A stretch of DNA of 64,000 bases from Candidatus Cloacimonadota bacterium. GTDB lineage: Bacteria; Cloacimonadota; Cloacimonadia; Cloacimonadales; Cloacimonadaceae. Below, piece by piece: positions 45,274-54,428 of the stretch (positions within the stretch are counted from its first letter, which is position 1; each line of letters begins with the position of its first letter). Under the pieces are notes generated by a model that did no database searches, was not told where the DNA came from, and saw only the letters and a program-made list of their open reading frames with translations. The DNA lies in assembly GCA_012522935.1 (NCBI GenBank), contig JAAYJN010000037.1, forward strand, positions 886 to 64,885. The letters run 5' to 3'. A program made the translations under genes and the position numbers.

Positions 45274-47442
45274 ATGAAACAAACCAAGATATATCTCCTG
45301 CTGCTGATTGGCATCACACTCTTTGCCGGAGGATGCCTCAGCAAAGTGGACAGGGTGACCACAAACTACTATATCCTTGATTATAAGAAATCAACCGAGC
45401 AGCCTGTATTCAGGATTTCAGAGCCTTTCCCCATAAGCTGTGAAGTGTTTGATACCGAGGTAAACCGCACCTACAACCGCAGTCAGATGGTGATCAAAGA
45501 AAGCTTTTCCAAAGTGTCTTACCTCTCTGGAGACCTATGGGCAAACAGGCTGTCAGACGCCGTGCCCAACCTGATCGTACAGAGATTCAAAGCTTACAAT
45601 ATCTTTCGCCAGGTGGCACGCTCCACTGGTGATATAGCCCCTGATTACTACTTGGAGACCAATCTCAACAGTATAGAAAAGGTAAAGGCCAGCGATTCCA
45701 AAGCCGCCATCAATCTGGAATTCAAGCTCCGCGATGCCAAAACCCAAAGGAGCGTGGTGAGCTATTTGTATGACAAGGCAGAACCCCTCCACGCCAGCGA
45801 TGTGGCATACCTGGTGGAGGTATATAATGACATGATTATGGAGGCTACCGATATCTTTGCCGGCAAATGCCGTCTCTTTCTGGAAGGCAAACCCTCCGCC
45901 CTGGATTATACCCAGCCCGTGGCAAGTGAAGTGGAGCGCTATGTGGGCGAACTGGAGGACATCCTGAATGCACAGACTCATGATGGTGAGCTGCTGCTTT
46001 TGACCAGCTTTGATACAGATTCTGAGATGCATTACACCTATTATGCCAGCGACAAGCCAGAGATAATCAAGCGTGAAGGCGTGTTTGGCGTCACGGAAAC
46101 CCTGAGCCCCGGCAAATATAAGCTGCTCTTGGGGGAGAACCAGGAATTCCCCGTGAATGTGGAGGTGAAGCCCAAGAAACGCACGGTTGTAAATCAGGAG
46201 TGGGCAGAGCTGATAGTGCATGTTCAGGATCAAAGCCAAACCAAAGTACGCCTTGGGTATAATCTTTGGAAGAAGGTCTTGGGAGAGTATGACTATTATT
46301 TTTATGGCTCGGATACCAGCTTGGGAGAGGATGACTTTGGGCAGAAGGACAAGATCTGGATACTCACACCCGGCACTTACATGGTAAAATTAGGGAGTGG
46401 ACACTGGAACGAACTGAAGGATTTTACAACCGTCACAGTGGAAAAGGGTGACAATAAGCTGCTCACTGTGGTAGTGGATCCCACAGGCGAAGGCAACTAT
46501 ATGCTGGGAGCAGGACTATTGGGAAACAAGGAAAGCGTATTGGGGCGCAGCAAAATCCACAAAGGCACCCTGTCCCTTGACCTGAATATCAACTCCAGCA
46601 ATGAAATATCTGATGATGAACCCAGCTATGATGCTTCACTGGTGGGGCGTACAGACAATACTTTTGATGTGCAGCGAGGATCACAGCGTTTCACTGCCCG
46701 CAGCCTCTACAGCCTGGGTTTGAAGTATGACAACCAGTATGATCTGCGTATCAATCCAGACACCTACTCCCTCAAAAACGTCTTTCTCTACACACCCCTG
46801 CGCAAAAGACGATACTTCAAAAACTTCTCATTCTATGGCAGGGGAGATGTAAACACCCATTTCTTTGATGAATACATCCACTTTTCAGAGCCCCGCAACC
46901 TCATCTATGTTTGCGGAAAGGGTGATACCCTGTGGTTGGCCACCGGACAGGATAAGGCGCGCACCAAGATCGCCCTCTTCCCGCTCAGGCTCAAAGAAGG
47001 CGTTGGCATCACATACCGCTGGGTTCCCAGTCCCAAGTTTAATGCCAGCATCAGGGGAGGCTATGGCTGGCAACAGGATTTTGACAAGCACTCTTATACA
47101 CTGTTACACAGCAATGTACACAGCCAGGTGCCCGGAGACACCCTGCGCTATGACATCTACAACGGTTCTTGTGACAATTTCAGCTCTGGCATAGAGAGCA
47201 CACTGGTGTTATCCGCAATCAATATCCTCAAGTTCCTTACCATCAATTCCAGCGTAGATGTGCTTTTCCCAATGGATAAAGACGATTACTCCCCTCGTTT
47301 TGAAAGTGAAACCCGCTTTAATATCAAGCTTTATCGCAATATCTCCATGGATTTTAGCGTGCTCTTGGAGTATGACAAAGCCAGGCATGATTGGCTGGTC
47401 TATAAATATAACACCTACCTCAGATTATCGATATTCTACTGA
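45274..47442 (+). CDS. Lipoprotein with PqiC/DUF330-like N-terminal domain fused to a large C-terminal region (possible beta-barrel)
   Basis: Lipobox LFAGGC. The YYILDY.. and ..DYYLETNL.. patterns match ABC-transport auxiliary lipoproteins. About 500 extra residues end in ..YNTYLRLSIFY (aromatic terminus). Confidence 0.5.
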   Translation: MKQTKIYLLLLIGITLFAGGCLSKVDRVTTNYYILDYKKSTEQPVFRISEPFPISCEVFDTEVNRTYNRSQMVIKESFSKVSYLSGDLWANRLSDAVPNLIVQRFKAYNIFRQVARSTGDIAPDYYLETNLNSIEKVKASDSKAAINLEFKLRDAKTQRSVVSYLYDKAEPLHASDVAYLVEVYNDMIMEATDIFAGKCRLFLEGKPSALDYTQPVASEVERYVGELEDILNAQTHDGELLLLTSFDTDSEMHYTYYASDKPEIIKREGVFGVTETLSPGKYKLLLGENQEFPVNVEVKPKKRTVVNQEWAELIVHVQDQSQTKVRLGYNLWKKVLGEYDYYFYGSDTSLGEDDFGQKDKIWILTPGTYMVKLGSGHWNELKDFTTVTVEKGDNKLLTVVVDPTGEGNYMLGAGLLGNKESVLGRSKIHKGTLSLDLNINSSNEISDDEPSYDASLVGRTDNTFDVQRGSQRFTARSLYSLGLKYDNQYDLRINPDTYSLKNVFLYTPLRKRRYFKNFSFYGRGDVNTHFFDEYIHFSEPRNLIYVCGKGDTLWLATGQDKARTKIALFPLRLKEGVGITYRWVPSPKFNASIRGGYGWQQDFDKHSYTLLHSNVHSQVPGDTLRYDIYNGSCDNFSSGIESTLVLSAINILKFLTINSSVDVLFPMDKDDYSPRFESETRFNIKLYRNISMDFSVLLEYDKARHDWLVYKYNTYLRLSIFY

Positions 47443-48524
47443 TGTATACACTGCATTTTGAGAATGGCATACTTGCCGTTAGCGGCAAACTGAATAGGGA
47501 TAATGCAACCCAGTTCCAAAAAAGTGCCAGGCTCCTGACAGTAAAAAATGCACCCAACACCCTGGATCTCAGTGGATTGGAGGCATTGGATAGTGCCGGA
47601 GTGGCAAGCATTGAGGAGTTGGTTGCTCATTTTAACCATAAAGATTCACAGCTTAAGATCATCCCTGCTTCCCCAGATGTGGAAGCTGTGCGCAACACCT
47701 TCAAAAGCACAGCCCAGATAGTTGATAAGCCGCCCCAGCCCAATATCTTTGAAAAGTTGGGTGGCAATATGGAAGCATGGTTTCGATCCATGGGTGAGGC
47801 TCTTGTTTTGTGCAGCGAGCTATTCTATTGGTCTATAGTGGGCATCTTCGACCGCAAGGGGCAACGCAAAGGCAGCTTTGGTGCCCAAGGCTTGCTCTTG
47901 GGCTACAACGCCTTGCCTGTGGTGGCTCTGCTATCATTCATCATAGGCTTTATCCTCTCCCTGCAATCTGCAGCTCAGTTAAAAAACTATGGCGGCAATG
48001 TATTTTTGCCGGATTTGTTGGCGATCACCCTCGTGCGCGAAATGGCACCTTTGATCACAGCAATCATCGTGGCTGGCAGAAGCGGTTCTGCGATAGCATC
48101 CGAGATCGCCACCATGCAGGTATCAGAAGAGATAGACGCCCTCAGGATGATGGCAATCAACCCCATTCGCTATGTGGTGGTGCCAAAGTTTCACGCCATC
48201 ACCGTGGTGATGCCGCTCCTGGTGGTTTTCTCCATCGTGGTGGGAGAGCTGGGAGGCTTTATGATAGCCACCAGCATGTTGGATCTCAGCCTTGGCACCT
48301 TTGTCTCACGCAGCGTCAATATCATCAAGTTTAAAGATATCTTCATTTCGCTCACCAAGAGCACCGTCTTTGCATGGTTGATTGTAATCATCGGTGCCTA
48401 TAACGGCTTTAGAGTGCGTGGTGGCGCAGAGGGAGTGGGCAAGGCAACCACAGCCTCCGTGGTAGCCGCCATCTTCGCCATTGTGATCGCAGATGCCTTG
48501 TTTAGCCTGTTGTATTTGCTATAA
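47442..48524 (+). CDS. mlaE: MlaE-family ABC permease with N-terminal STAS (MlaB-like) domain
   Basis: The first 100 aa or so look like STAS (LDLSGLEALDSAGVASIEEL). The permease core is LVREMAPLITAIIVAGRSGSAIASEIATMQVSEEIDALR. The start overlaps the upstream stop by 1 nt. Confidence 0.85.
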   Translation: MYTLHFENGILAVSGKLNRDNATQFQKSARLLTVKNAPNTLDLSGLEALDSAGVASIEELVAHFNHKDSQLKIIPASPDVEAVRNTFKSTAQIVDKPPQPNIFEKLGGNMEAWFRSMGEALVLCSELFYWSIVGIFDRKGQRKGSFGAQGLLLGYNALPVVALLSFIIGFILSLQSAAQLKNYGGNVFLPDLLAITLVREMAPLITAIIVAGRSGSAIASEIATMQVSEEIDALRMMAINPIRYVVVPKFHAITVVMPLLVVFSIVVGELGGFMIATSMLDLSLGTFVSRSVNIIKFKDIFISLTKSTVFAWLIVIIGAYNGFRVRGGAEGVGKATTASVVAAIFAIVIADALFSLLYLL

Positions 48525-49279
48525 TGATTATCAATAATATGGAACCCATCATCAGCGTTCGCGGCCTGGAAGCCCGCTATGGGGAAAAGCGCATCCTCAA
48601 TGATATCAGCTTTGATATCTTTGCCGGGCAAGTGACGGTGATCCTGGGACCCAGCGGCTGCGGTAAAACCACCTTGCTCAAGAATATGCTGCGTTTACAT
48701 GAGCCAGTCAGGGGCAGTGTAAAGTTTTGGGGCGAAGAAGTACTGCAAATGGATGAGACCAGCTTTAACGCAGTATTGAGGAAGGTGGGAATGCTCTTTC
48801 AGGGTGGAGCGCTATTAAACTCCATCTCAGTAATGGAAAACGTTGCCATACCCTTGGAACAGCATACCCGGCTTAGCCGCAGCGTTATCGAAAGGATAAT
48901 CAGGGTAAAATTGGATTTGGTGGGCTTGCATCATGCTATTCATCTACTGCCCTCCGAGCTTTCAGGAGGTATGCGCAAAAGGGCAGGTTTGGCACGGGCG
49001 ATGGTGATGGATCCTCCCATTCTCTTTTGTGACGAGCCCTCCGCAGGTTTGGATCCGCTCACCTCGGCATCTTTGGACGAGCTGCTGTTGGATCTTAAAA
49101 AGCAGCTGAATATGAGCATTGTGATAGTAACCCACGAGCTGGCATCCATTTATCGGGTGGCGGATAGGGTGATCTTTTTGGATGAAGGAGCTCTGATCTA
49201 TGAGGGAACGTTAGATGGGGCGAGGCAGGCTGGCATTCCCACCATCGATCGCTTTTTTGAGGCAGGTAAATATGAATGA
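48524..49279 (+). CDS. mlaF: MlaF-like ABC transporter ATP-binding protein
   Basis: Walker A GPSGCGKTT, signature LSGGMRKR and Walker B ILFCDEP. TAATG overlap with mlaE. Confidence 0.9.
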   Translation: MIINNMEPIISVRGLEARYGEKRILNDISFDIFAGQVTVILGPSGCGKTTLLKNMLRLHEPVRGSVKFWGEEVLQMDETSFNAVLRKVGMLFQGGALLNSISVMENVAIPLEQHTRLSRSVIERIIRVKLDLVGLHHAIHLLPSELSGGMRKRAGLARAMVMDPPILFCDEPSAGLDPLTSASLDELLLDLKKQLNMSIVIVTHELASIYRVADRVIFLDEGALIYEGTLDGARQAGIPTIDRFFEAGKYE

Positions 49280-49781
49280 CATCCCCATGGCATTGATAGC
49301 TGCGATGGACCGTAATGGGCTGATTGGGGCGAAAGGACACATGCCCTGGCATCTGCCGGAGGATTTGCGTTGGTTCAAGGAAAACACGATGGGCAATCCC
49401 ATTCTGATGGGACGCAAGACATACGAATCCATCGGGGGGAAGCTGCCGGGGCGCAGCAACCTGGTTTTGAGCCGGAACAAAGACTTGAAGGTGGAAGAAG
49501 GGGTGGCGGTGATACCGGATCTGCCCTCTGCAATCACCCTGGCAGAGCAATTGATAACTGAACCGGAACAGAAGATATTTGTGATAGGCGGAGCGCAGAT
49601 TTTCAAGGAGTGCCTACCCCTCAGTCAATATCTATACCTCACCTTTATAGATACCGAATTTGAAGGCGAGACCTACTTTCCTGAATACGACAAAAGCCAG
49701 TGGGCACTACTTTCCCAAAAAGAGAGCCAAACCAAAGAGGGAATCAAGCTTACTTTTACAATCTGGAAGCGGGTGAATTGA
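49272..49781 (+). CDS. folA: Dihydrofolate reductase
   Basis: Contains IAAMDRNGLIGAKGHMPWHLPEDLRWFKENTMGNPILMGRKTYESIG. I prefer ATG 49272, whereas the ORF track starts at 49215. Confidence 0.92.
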   Translation: MNDIPMALIAAMDRNGLIGAKGHMPWHLPEDLRWFKENTMGNPILMGRKTYESIGGKLPGRSNLVLSRNKDLKVEEGVAVIPDLPSAITLAEQLITEPEQKIFVIGGAQIFKECLPLSQYLYLTFIDTEFEGETYFPEYDKSQWALLSQKESQTKEGIKLTFTIWKRVN

Positions 49782-49783
49782 GA

Positions 49784-49870
49784 GTGCTTGCCCGTTAGCC
49801 TCTCTTGTACCACCCTTGTCTCTCCTTTGCTGAGACAAGGGAGAGACAAGGGTGGCTAAAGAGGGAGCAC
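49784..49870. repeat. Palindromic intergenic repeat, copy 4; probable bidirectional terminator
   Basis: Sequence is GTGCTTGCCCGTTAGCC..CCACCCTTGTCTCTCCTTTGC-T-GAGACAAGGGAGAGACAAGGGTGGCTAAAGAGGGAGCAC. It lies exactly between convergent folA (stop 49781) and the aldolase gene (stop 49888). It is followed on the plus strand by TGTGTTTTTA (49871-49880). Confidence 0.85.
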
Positions 49871-49887
49871 TGTGTTTTTAGTATGCA

Positions 49888-50583
49888 TTATTTGGGGTAG
49901 GAGCGAGCAAGTTGCAGCCAGATATCACAAGCCTTATCGATGATTTCCATAAAGTCAAAAGCCTGATCCAAGGTCTCTCCCATACATAAAAGACCATGTT
50001 TGAGCCAGATGATGGCGTTGGAATCATGCAGGCAGGCACCGCTGGCACTTGCCAAAGCTTGAGAACCAGGGGGCAGATGGGGGCAAATGCTTATGCCTTT
50101 GGGCAGATAGAGTGTCAATTCCGGCAGCATCTCCGCCAGCTCTTTATTGAGCCTTACTACATCCTGACAGATATCATGATGAGAGATGGCGATAACTGAA
50201 TTGGGGTGGGAATGCAAGACCACTTTGGCAGGGCTTTTGATATGGATCAGATGCTGATGTATTGCCAGATGGGCATCCCATTCAGAGGTGGGTTTCAGGC
50301 CTTCATCCACTGCTTGCCACTCTCCATTTTGAACCTGGATTATCATCATGTTTTGCATGGGGTCATTGGCAAATTGCCGATAGCGTGTTCCTGTGCGTGA
50401 AACCAGATAATGGATGGCTTCGTGGGGGACGTCTCCAACTTCACTAAGCCTGATGGAGACGTTGCCGGCATTGGCTTCCGCCCATCCTCGTTGCCAGATA
50501 AGCGGGGCAATCTCTGCCAATGCGCTCAAATGCAGGCTTAACTGCGGTTCAAAATCGGATACTTGGATATAAATGGGTGTCAT
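49888..50583 (-). CDS. Class II aldolase/adducin-family protein
   Basis: The ANAGNVSIRL and VVLHSHP motifs of the class II aldolase fold are present. Confidence 0.8.
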   Translation of the reverse strand: MTPIYIQVSDFEPQLSLHLSALAEIAPLIWQRGWAEANAGNVSIRLSEVGDVPHEAIHYLVSRTGTRYRQFANDPMQNMMIIQVQNGEWQAVDEGLKPTSEWDAHLAIHQHLIHIKSPAKVVLHSHPNSVIAISHHDICQDVVRLNKELAEMLPELTLYLPKGISICPHLPPGSQALASASGACLHDSNAIIWLKHGLLCMGETLDQAFDFMEIIDKACDIWLQLARSYPK

Positions 50584-52115
50584 TCGCCGTTGAAGCTGCG
50601 TTCGCGGCAGATGCGCTCCACCTCCCTGAAATTGACCTTGCCGCTTGCCATCATGGGAATATCTTCAATTACGTAGAATTTGCGGGGGATAGCGATGGAG
50701 GGAAGCTCTTTCTTGAGTTTGGAGAGCACCGCTTTCATGTCAAAATCTCCATTTGCCACAGCCGCCACCACGTCTGCTCCCTTCTTCATATTGGGGATAT
50801 CCACCACACAGCAGATCACGTCTTCTGGCAATAGCTGGCTGAGAACTTCTTCCACCTTTGCCAAAGAGACCATCTCGCCACCCACTTTGGCAAAGCGTTT
50901 TAGCCTGCCACGATGCCACAGATAGCCGTCATCATCAATCAAGCCAATATCGCCGGTATCATACCAGCCATTGCGAATGCGGAGGGTGGTTTCTTCATAA
51001 TCTCCCAAATAGCCTTCCATCACGAGGTCTCCCTTTACGAGGATTTTACCTTCCTTGTTGGGACCCAAGATCTTGTCTGTATTGATATCGGTGATGCGCA
51101 ACCACACGTTGGGGATGGGTTTGCCCACGGAGCCCAGCTTGTGTTGACCGGGGTAGTTTGTGGAAATCACGGGTGAGGTCTCGGTGGTGCCATAGCCCTC
51201 ATAAATCTTGATTTTATGTTTTTGTAAAAAGCCTTCATACACCTTCATGGGCAGCTTGTCTGCACCTGCAATGGCAAAGCGGATGGTGGAAAAATCACCG
51301 GGTGTGGATTTTTGTAAATAGCCATAGAAAAATGAGGGGGTGGCAGTCATAAAGGTCACTTTATACTTGCGCACCAGATCGCTAACCGTCTTGTAGTCAA
51401 GCGGATTGGGGTAGGTGATCATGGTGCCGCCCAGAATGGCAGGTATCCAGAAATTGGTGGTGAGTCCAAAGACGTGGAAGAAGGGCAGAATACAGATAAA
51501 GACGTCATTATGGTCCAAATGCACCATCTGTGGCACGGCATCCACATTATGCAGGATATTACGATGGGAAAGCTGAACGGCTTTGGGCTCCTTTTCGCTG
51601 CCACTGGTAAAGAGGATCACGCTGGTATCCGAGGGTTTGCCGCCATACATCAGCTTGCTGAGCACAAAATAGGGGAGTTTGGAGAGCAGGGCTGCCTTGA
51701 TCTTGGATACTATCGTCACCTGGGCCAGGATATCTTCCACCATGATCATGTGGTCGATGGGCTTTAAATCCAGCTTTTCCAAGAGTTTGCTGGAGGTGAT
51801 GATGGTTTTGAAAGAGCATTTATCACGGGCATAGTGACAGTTTTCTATGGCTCCGGTAGAGTAATTTATCATCACGGGGATCTTGCCGCTCATCAGGGTG
51901 CCGATTACGCCCAACATGCATCCCATGGAGGTGGGCAGCATGATGCCTACGTATTTGCCCCTGATTTTGCTGATATGGTCTTTGAGTATGAGGGAGGCAA
52001 TGAGCATTTTGGAATATGTGTAATCATTGCCTGTGGCTTTGTCATGCACGGCAATCTTATCTGAGTGTTTTTGTGCTGTTTTGATAAAACGTTGGTGCAG
52101 TTGCAACATATACAT
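50580..52115 (-). CDS. AMP-dependent synthetase/ligase (acyl-CoA or acyl-ACP synthetase-like)
   Basis: Adenylation motifs LFTSGSEKEPKAV, YEGYGTTE and ..TGDIG.. are present in 511 aa. Confidence 0.85.
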   Translation of the reverse strand: MYMLQLHQRFIKTAQKHSDKIAVHDKATGNDYTYSKMLIASLILKDHISKIRGKYVGIMLPTSMGCMLGVIGTLMSGKIPVMINYSTGAIENCHYARDKCSFKTIITSSKLLEKLDLKPIDHMIMVEDILAQVTIVSKIKAALLSKLPYFVLSKLMYGGKPSDTSVILFTSGSEKEPKAVQLSHRNILHNVDAVPQMVHLDHNDVFICILPFFHVFGLTTNFWIPAILGGTMITYPNPLDYKTVSDLVRKYKVTFMTATPSFFYGYLQKSTPGDFSTIRFAIAGADKLPMKVYEGFLQKHKIKIYEGYGTTETSPVISTNYPGQHKLGSVGKPIPNVWLRITDINTDKILGPNKEGKILVKGDLVMEGYLGDYEETTLRIRNGWYDTGDIGLIDDDGYLWHRGRLKRFAKVGGEMVSLAKVEEVLSQLLPEDVICCVVDIPNMKKGADVVAAVANGDFDMKAVLSKLKKELPSIAIPRKFYVIEDIPMMASGKVNFREVERICRERSFNGE

Positions 52116-52244
52116 TTCTCCTTAGCAGCTTGGAAGCTCTATAATCGCCCAAGCGTATGGTACTTTATATTTATCATTGTTATCTTGAATCTTATTCATA
52201 TTGTAAATAATATAAGACGAGCTGAGTGTGAAAGCCATATATTT

Positions 52245-52883
52245 CTAATTGATGATGTGTAACCAATCCTTGCGCAGGAATTCCAAGCGTCCTATCAAGA
52301 GAGAGATGCGCGCCATCACCGTGTAGCCAAAGGTGGCACCGAAACTAACCATGAGAAAGTAAACGCCGATCTTGGAGGGTATCTTTGCCAATCCTTCCTG
52401 CTTTTTGCTGAAGTAAAAGAAATACACTCCGCAAAGGGTGCCGATGATGACCAGCAGGTTACCGCTGATTTCCGAGGCAGTGCTTCCCTGGAAAGGGTTG
52501 ATGATGGTGGCGCCCACTTGCAGCAGCAGATCAGTCTTCAAGCTGCGCATCACGCTGATGGCGGCACTGGTGCCGATGACAATGGAGATGGGATAGCGGC
52601 TAATCCATTGCGTTTTGGGGTAGATGCGGGTGAGCATCATCAAGCCCAGGGCAAAGGGTATCAACAGGATGAGATTGCCGCTAAAATCCTGGCTTAGCTT
52701 GGCAAAGAGATTGGGAACCATGGTGGAATAGACCACGTAGATGAGTCCGTATCCGGCAGAGAGACCCACGAAGATTTGTTCTGCCAGTTTATAAAAGGGA
52801 TTATCCCTATACAAAAAGCTGAAGATGCAGAAGGTGAAAAAGGCTGCTAACCAGATTCCAATAGTGTTCATAAGATCAGGCAT
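52245..52883 (-). CDS. Hypothetical polytopic membrane protein (operon gene 5)
   Basis: 212 aa with 6 or so hydrophobic segments. It overlaps the upstream gene by 8 nt. Confidence 0.6.
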   Translation of the reverse strand: MPDLMNTIGIWLAAFFTFCIFSFLYRDNPFYKLAEQIFVGLSAGYGLIYVVYSTMVPNLFAKLSQDFSGNLILLIPFALGLMMLTRIYPKTQWISRYPISIVIGTSAAISVMRSLKTDLLLQVGATIINPFQGSTASEISGNLLVIIGTLCGVYFFYFSKKQEGLAKIPSKIGVYFLMVSFGATFGYTVMARISLLIGRLEFLRKDWLHIIN

Positions 52884-53733
52884 TTTGTCCTCCTGTGAGG
52901 TTTGCTTTGGCTCGTTTGCGTCTGAAGGCGGTGATATTGCCCAAGGTGATCAGCAAGAGAATCACGATATGTGCCACAGATTGGGCATCCATCTTGGTGG
53001 TGGCGGGTCCTTTCTTATCAATCAGCATTTCATATTCTGAGGCAGCCTTGAGACCGCCCAAGAGGCCGTGAAGCTGCTTTTGATCGTTTACATAGGGCAA
53101 AAAGCCGGGTGCGCTTACGGCAGTGGTGCCACCCGTGACGGGTACATTGTGCACATCATGGGCTATCATCACCCATTCCTTGAGGCCGGGAACTCCTGAA
53201 GAGAGGGAGGAAACCCATGCCAAATCCTTTAAGGTGCGTATTCCCTTCAGCATGGGGAGGTCATCCCAGTTTTTGCCAGAGGAATCCTTGGGATACACAT
53301 CCCGGATGCTGCTGCCCATCGCCTGCAGGGTGACGATTCCGCCCACTTTGTAGCCCAGATTCACATAATCCACCCCATATTCCTTATCGGCATAAGCGGG
53401 GTTCCTTTTGGCTTCGGCAAAGCTGGCTTCAGCCATCTGCGGTCCCTGGGGCCAGAGGGCGGTGGCTATTATCTTTTGCCCCTTGGACCAAGCGTGTTCT
53501 ATCTGTGCCACAGCCATGGGTTGCAGTTCGGTGATGGTGGAAGCTTCATAATCAAAGGAAATGAGGCCATATTTCCCTGCGGGGGTCTCATCAATCAAGT
53601 CGTAAGACATCCTTGCAATGGGGGATACCTCGCTGCCCCAGCCAATGGGGAAGATCAGGGGCACCATCACTGCCAGGAAGATGATGAGAAATACTATTCT
53701 GCGTTCGGTGTGGGAGCTGGTGTTCACGCTCAT
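52876..53733 (-). CDS. Hypothetical bitopic membrane protein with large extracytoplasmic domain (operon gene 4)
   Basis: 285 aa with an N-terminal TM (IVFLIIFLAVMVPLIF), a soluble domain of about 200 aa, a C-terminal TM (HIVILLLITLGNI) and a basic tail. Confidence 0.6.
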   Translation of the reverse strand: MSVNTSSHTERRIVFLIIFLAVMVPLIFPIGWGSEVSPIARMSYDLIDETPAGKYGLISFDYEASTITELQPMAVAQIEHAWSKGQKIIATALWPQGPQMAEASFAEAKRNPAYADKEYGVDYVNLGYKVGGIVTLQAMGSSIRDVYPKDSSGKNWDDLPMLKGIRTLKDLAWVSSLSSGVPGLKEWVMIAHDVHNVPVTGGTTAVSAPGFLPYVNDQKQLHGLLGGLKAASEYEMLIDKKGPATTKMDAQSVAHIVILLLITLGNITAFRRKRAKANLTGGQNA

Positions 53734-54428
53734 TTGTCACCTCCCAGATAGGAACGCTCAATGCCTAAGATAATCCTGAGTCCACTGCCGATTACGCCCA
53801 AGGCGGCACTGATCATGATCGCTCTCTGAGCGGCTGTGTTTGGGTATTGCATGATATAATCCGCCAGATTGGGCAGATGCCAAAAGCGGTAGCTCTCTGG
53901 CAGCCAGCCGGTGAGCATGGTTCCAAAACCGGTACGCCCCAATATCACAATGACGGCGGCAATCATCAGCAGGTTGGATTCCAAAGTGCGGATGATGAAT
54001 GCACGATAGGCGGCGGAGGCTATGAAGAACGCCAACAGCGAAAAGAGGGTGGCAGAGAGGGGAACAAACACATGGGTGTAAGTGTAATCAAAGGGCTTTT
54101 TGCCCAGCCAGGCACTGATGGAGGCTCCCTGACCCAGGATGCCAGCCTGTTCTTCCATTCCCCATAAGGCACCCATCAAGACCATCAATCCAAAGCTGAT
54201 GATGCCAATCAAATGATATTGCCAATCTGGCGAGCGGGTGCTAACCTTGGCGGCGTTCATCCTGAGCAAAGACATCACGCCCAAAAGCATGGCAAAGCCG
54301 GAGATGATCATGAACCATTCCTGCAGTGAATCCACGATGGAGCTGAAAGGACGGTGGGGGATAAACTCCGAAAAGATAACAATCAATCCGGAGACAAATG
54401 CCAAAATCAAAGGTATATTGCGCTTCAT
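53730..54428 (-). CDS. Hypothetical polytopic membrane protein (operon gene 3)
   Basis: About 6 TM segments. I prefer ATG 54428 (MKRNIPL..), which forms an ATGA overlap with the upstream stop; the ORF track begins at GTG 54461. Confidence 0.6.
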   Translation of the reverse strand: MKRNIPLILAFVSGLIVIFSEFIPHRPFSSIVDSLQEWFMIISGFAMLLGVMSLLRMNAAKVSTRSPDWQYHLIGIISFGLMVLMGALWGMEEQAGILGQGASISAWLGKKPFDYTYTHVFVPLSATLFSLLAFFIASAAYRAFIIRTLESNLLMIAAVIVILGRTGFGTMLTGWLPESYRFWHLPNLADYIMQYPNTAAQRAIMISAALGVIGSGLRIILGIERSYLGGDK

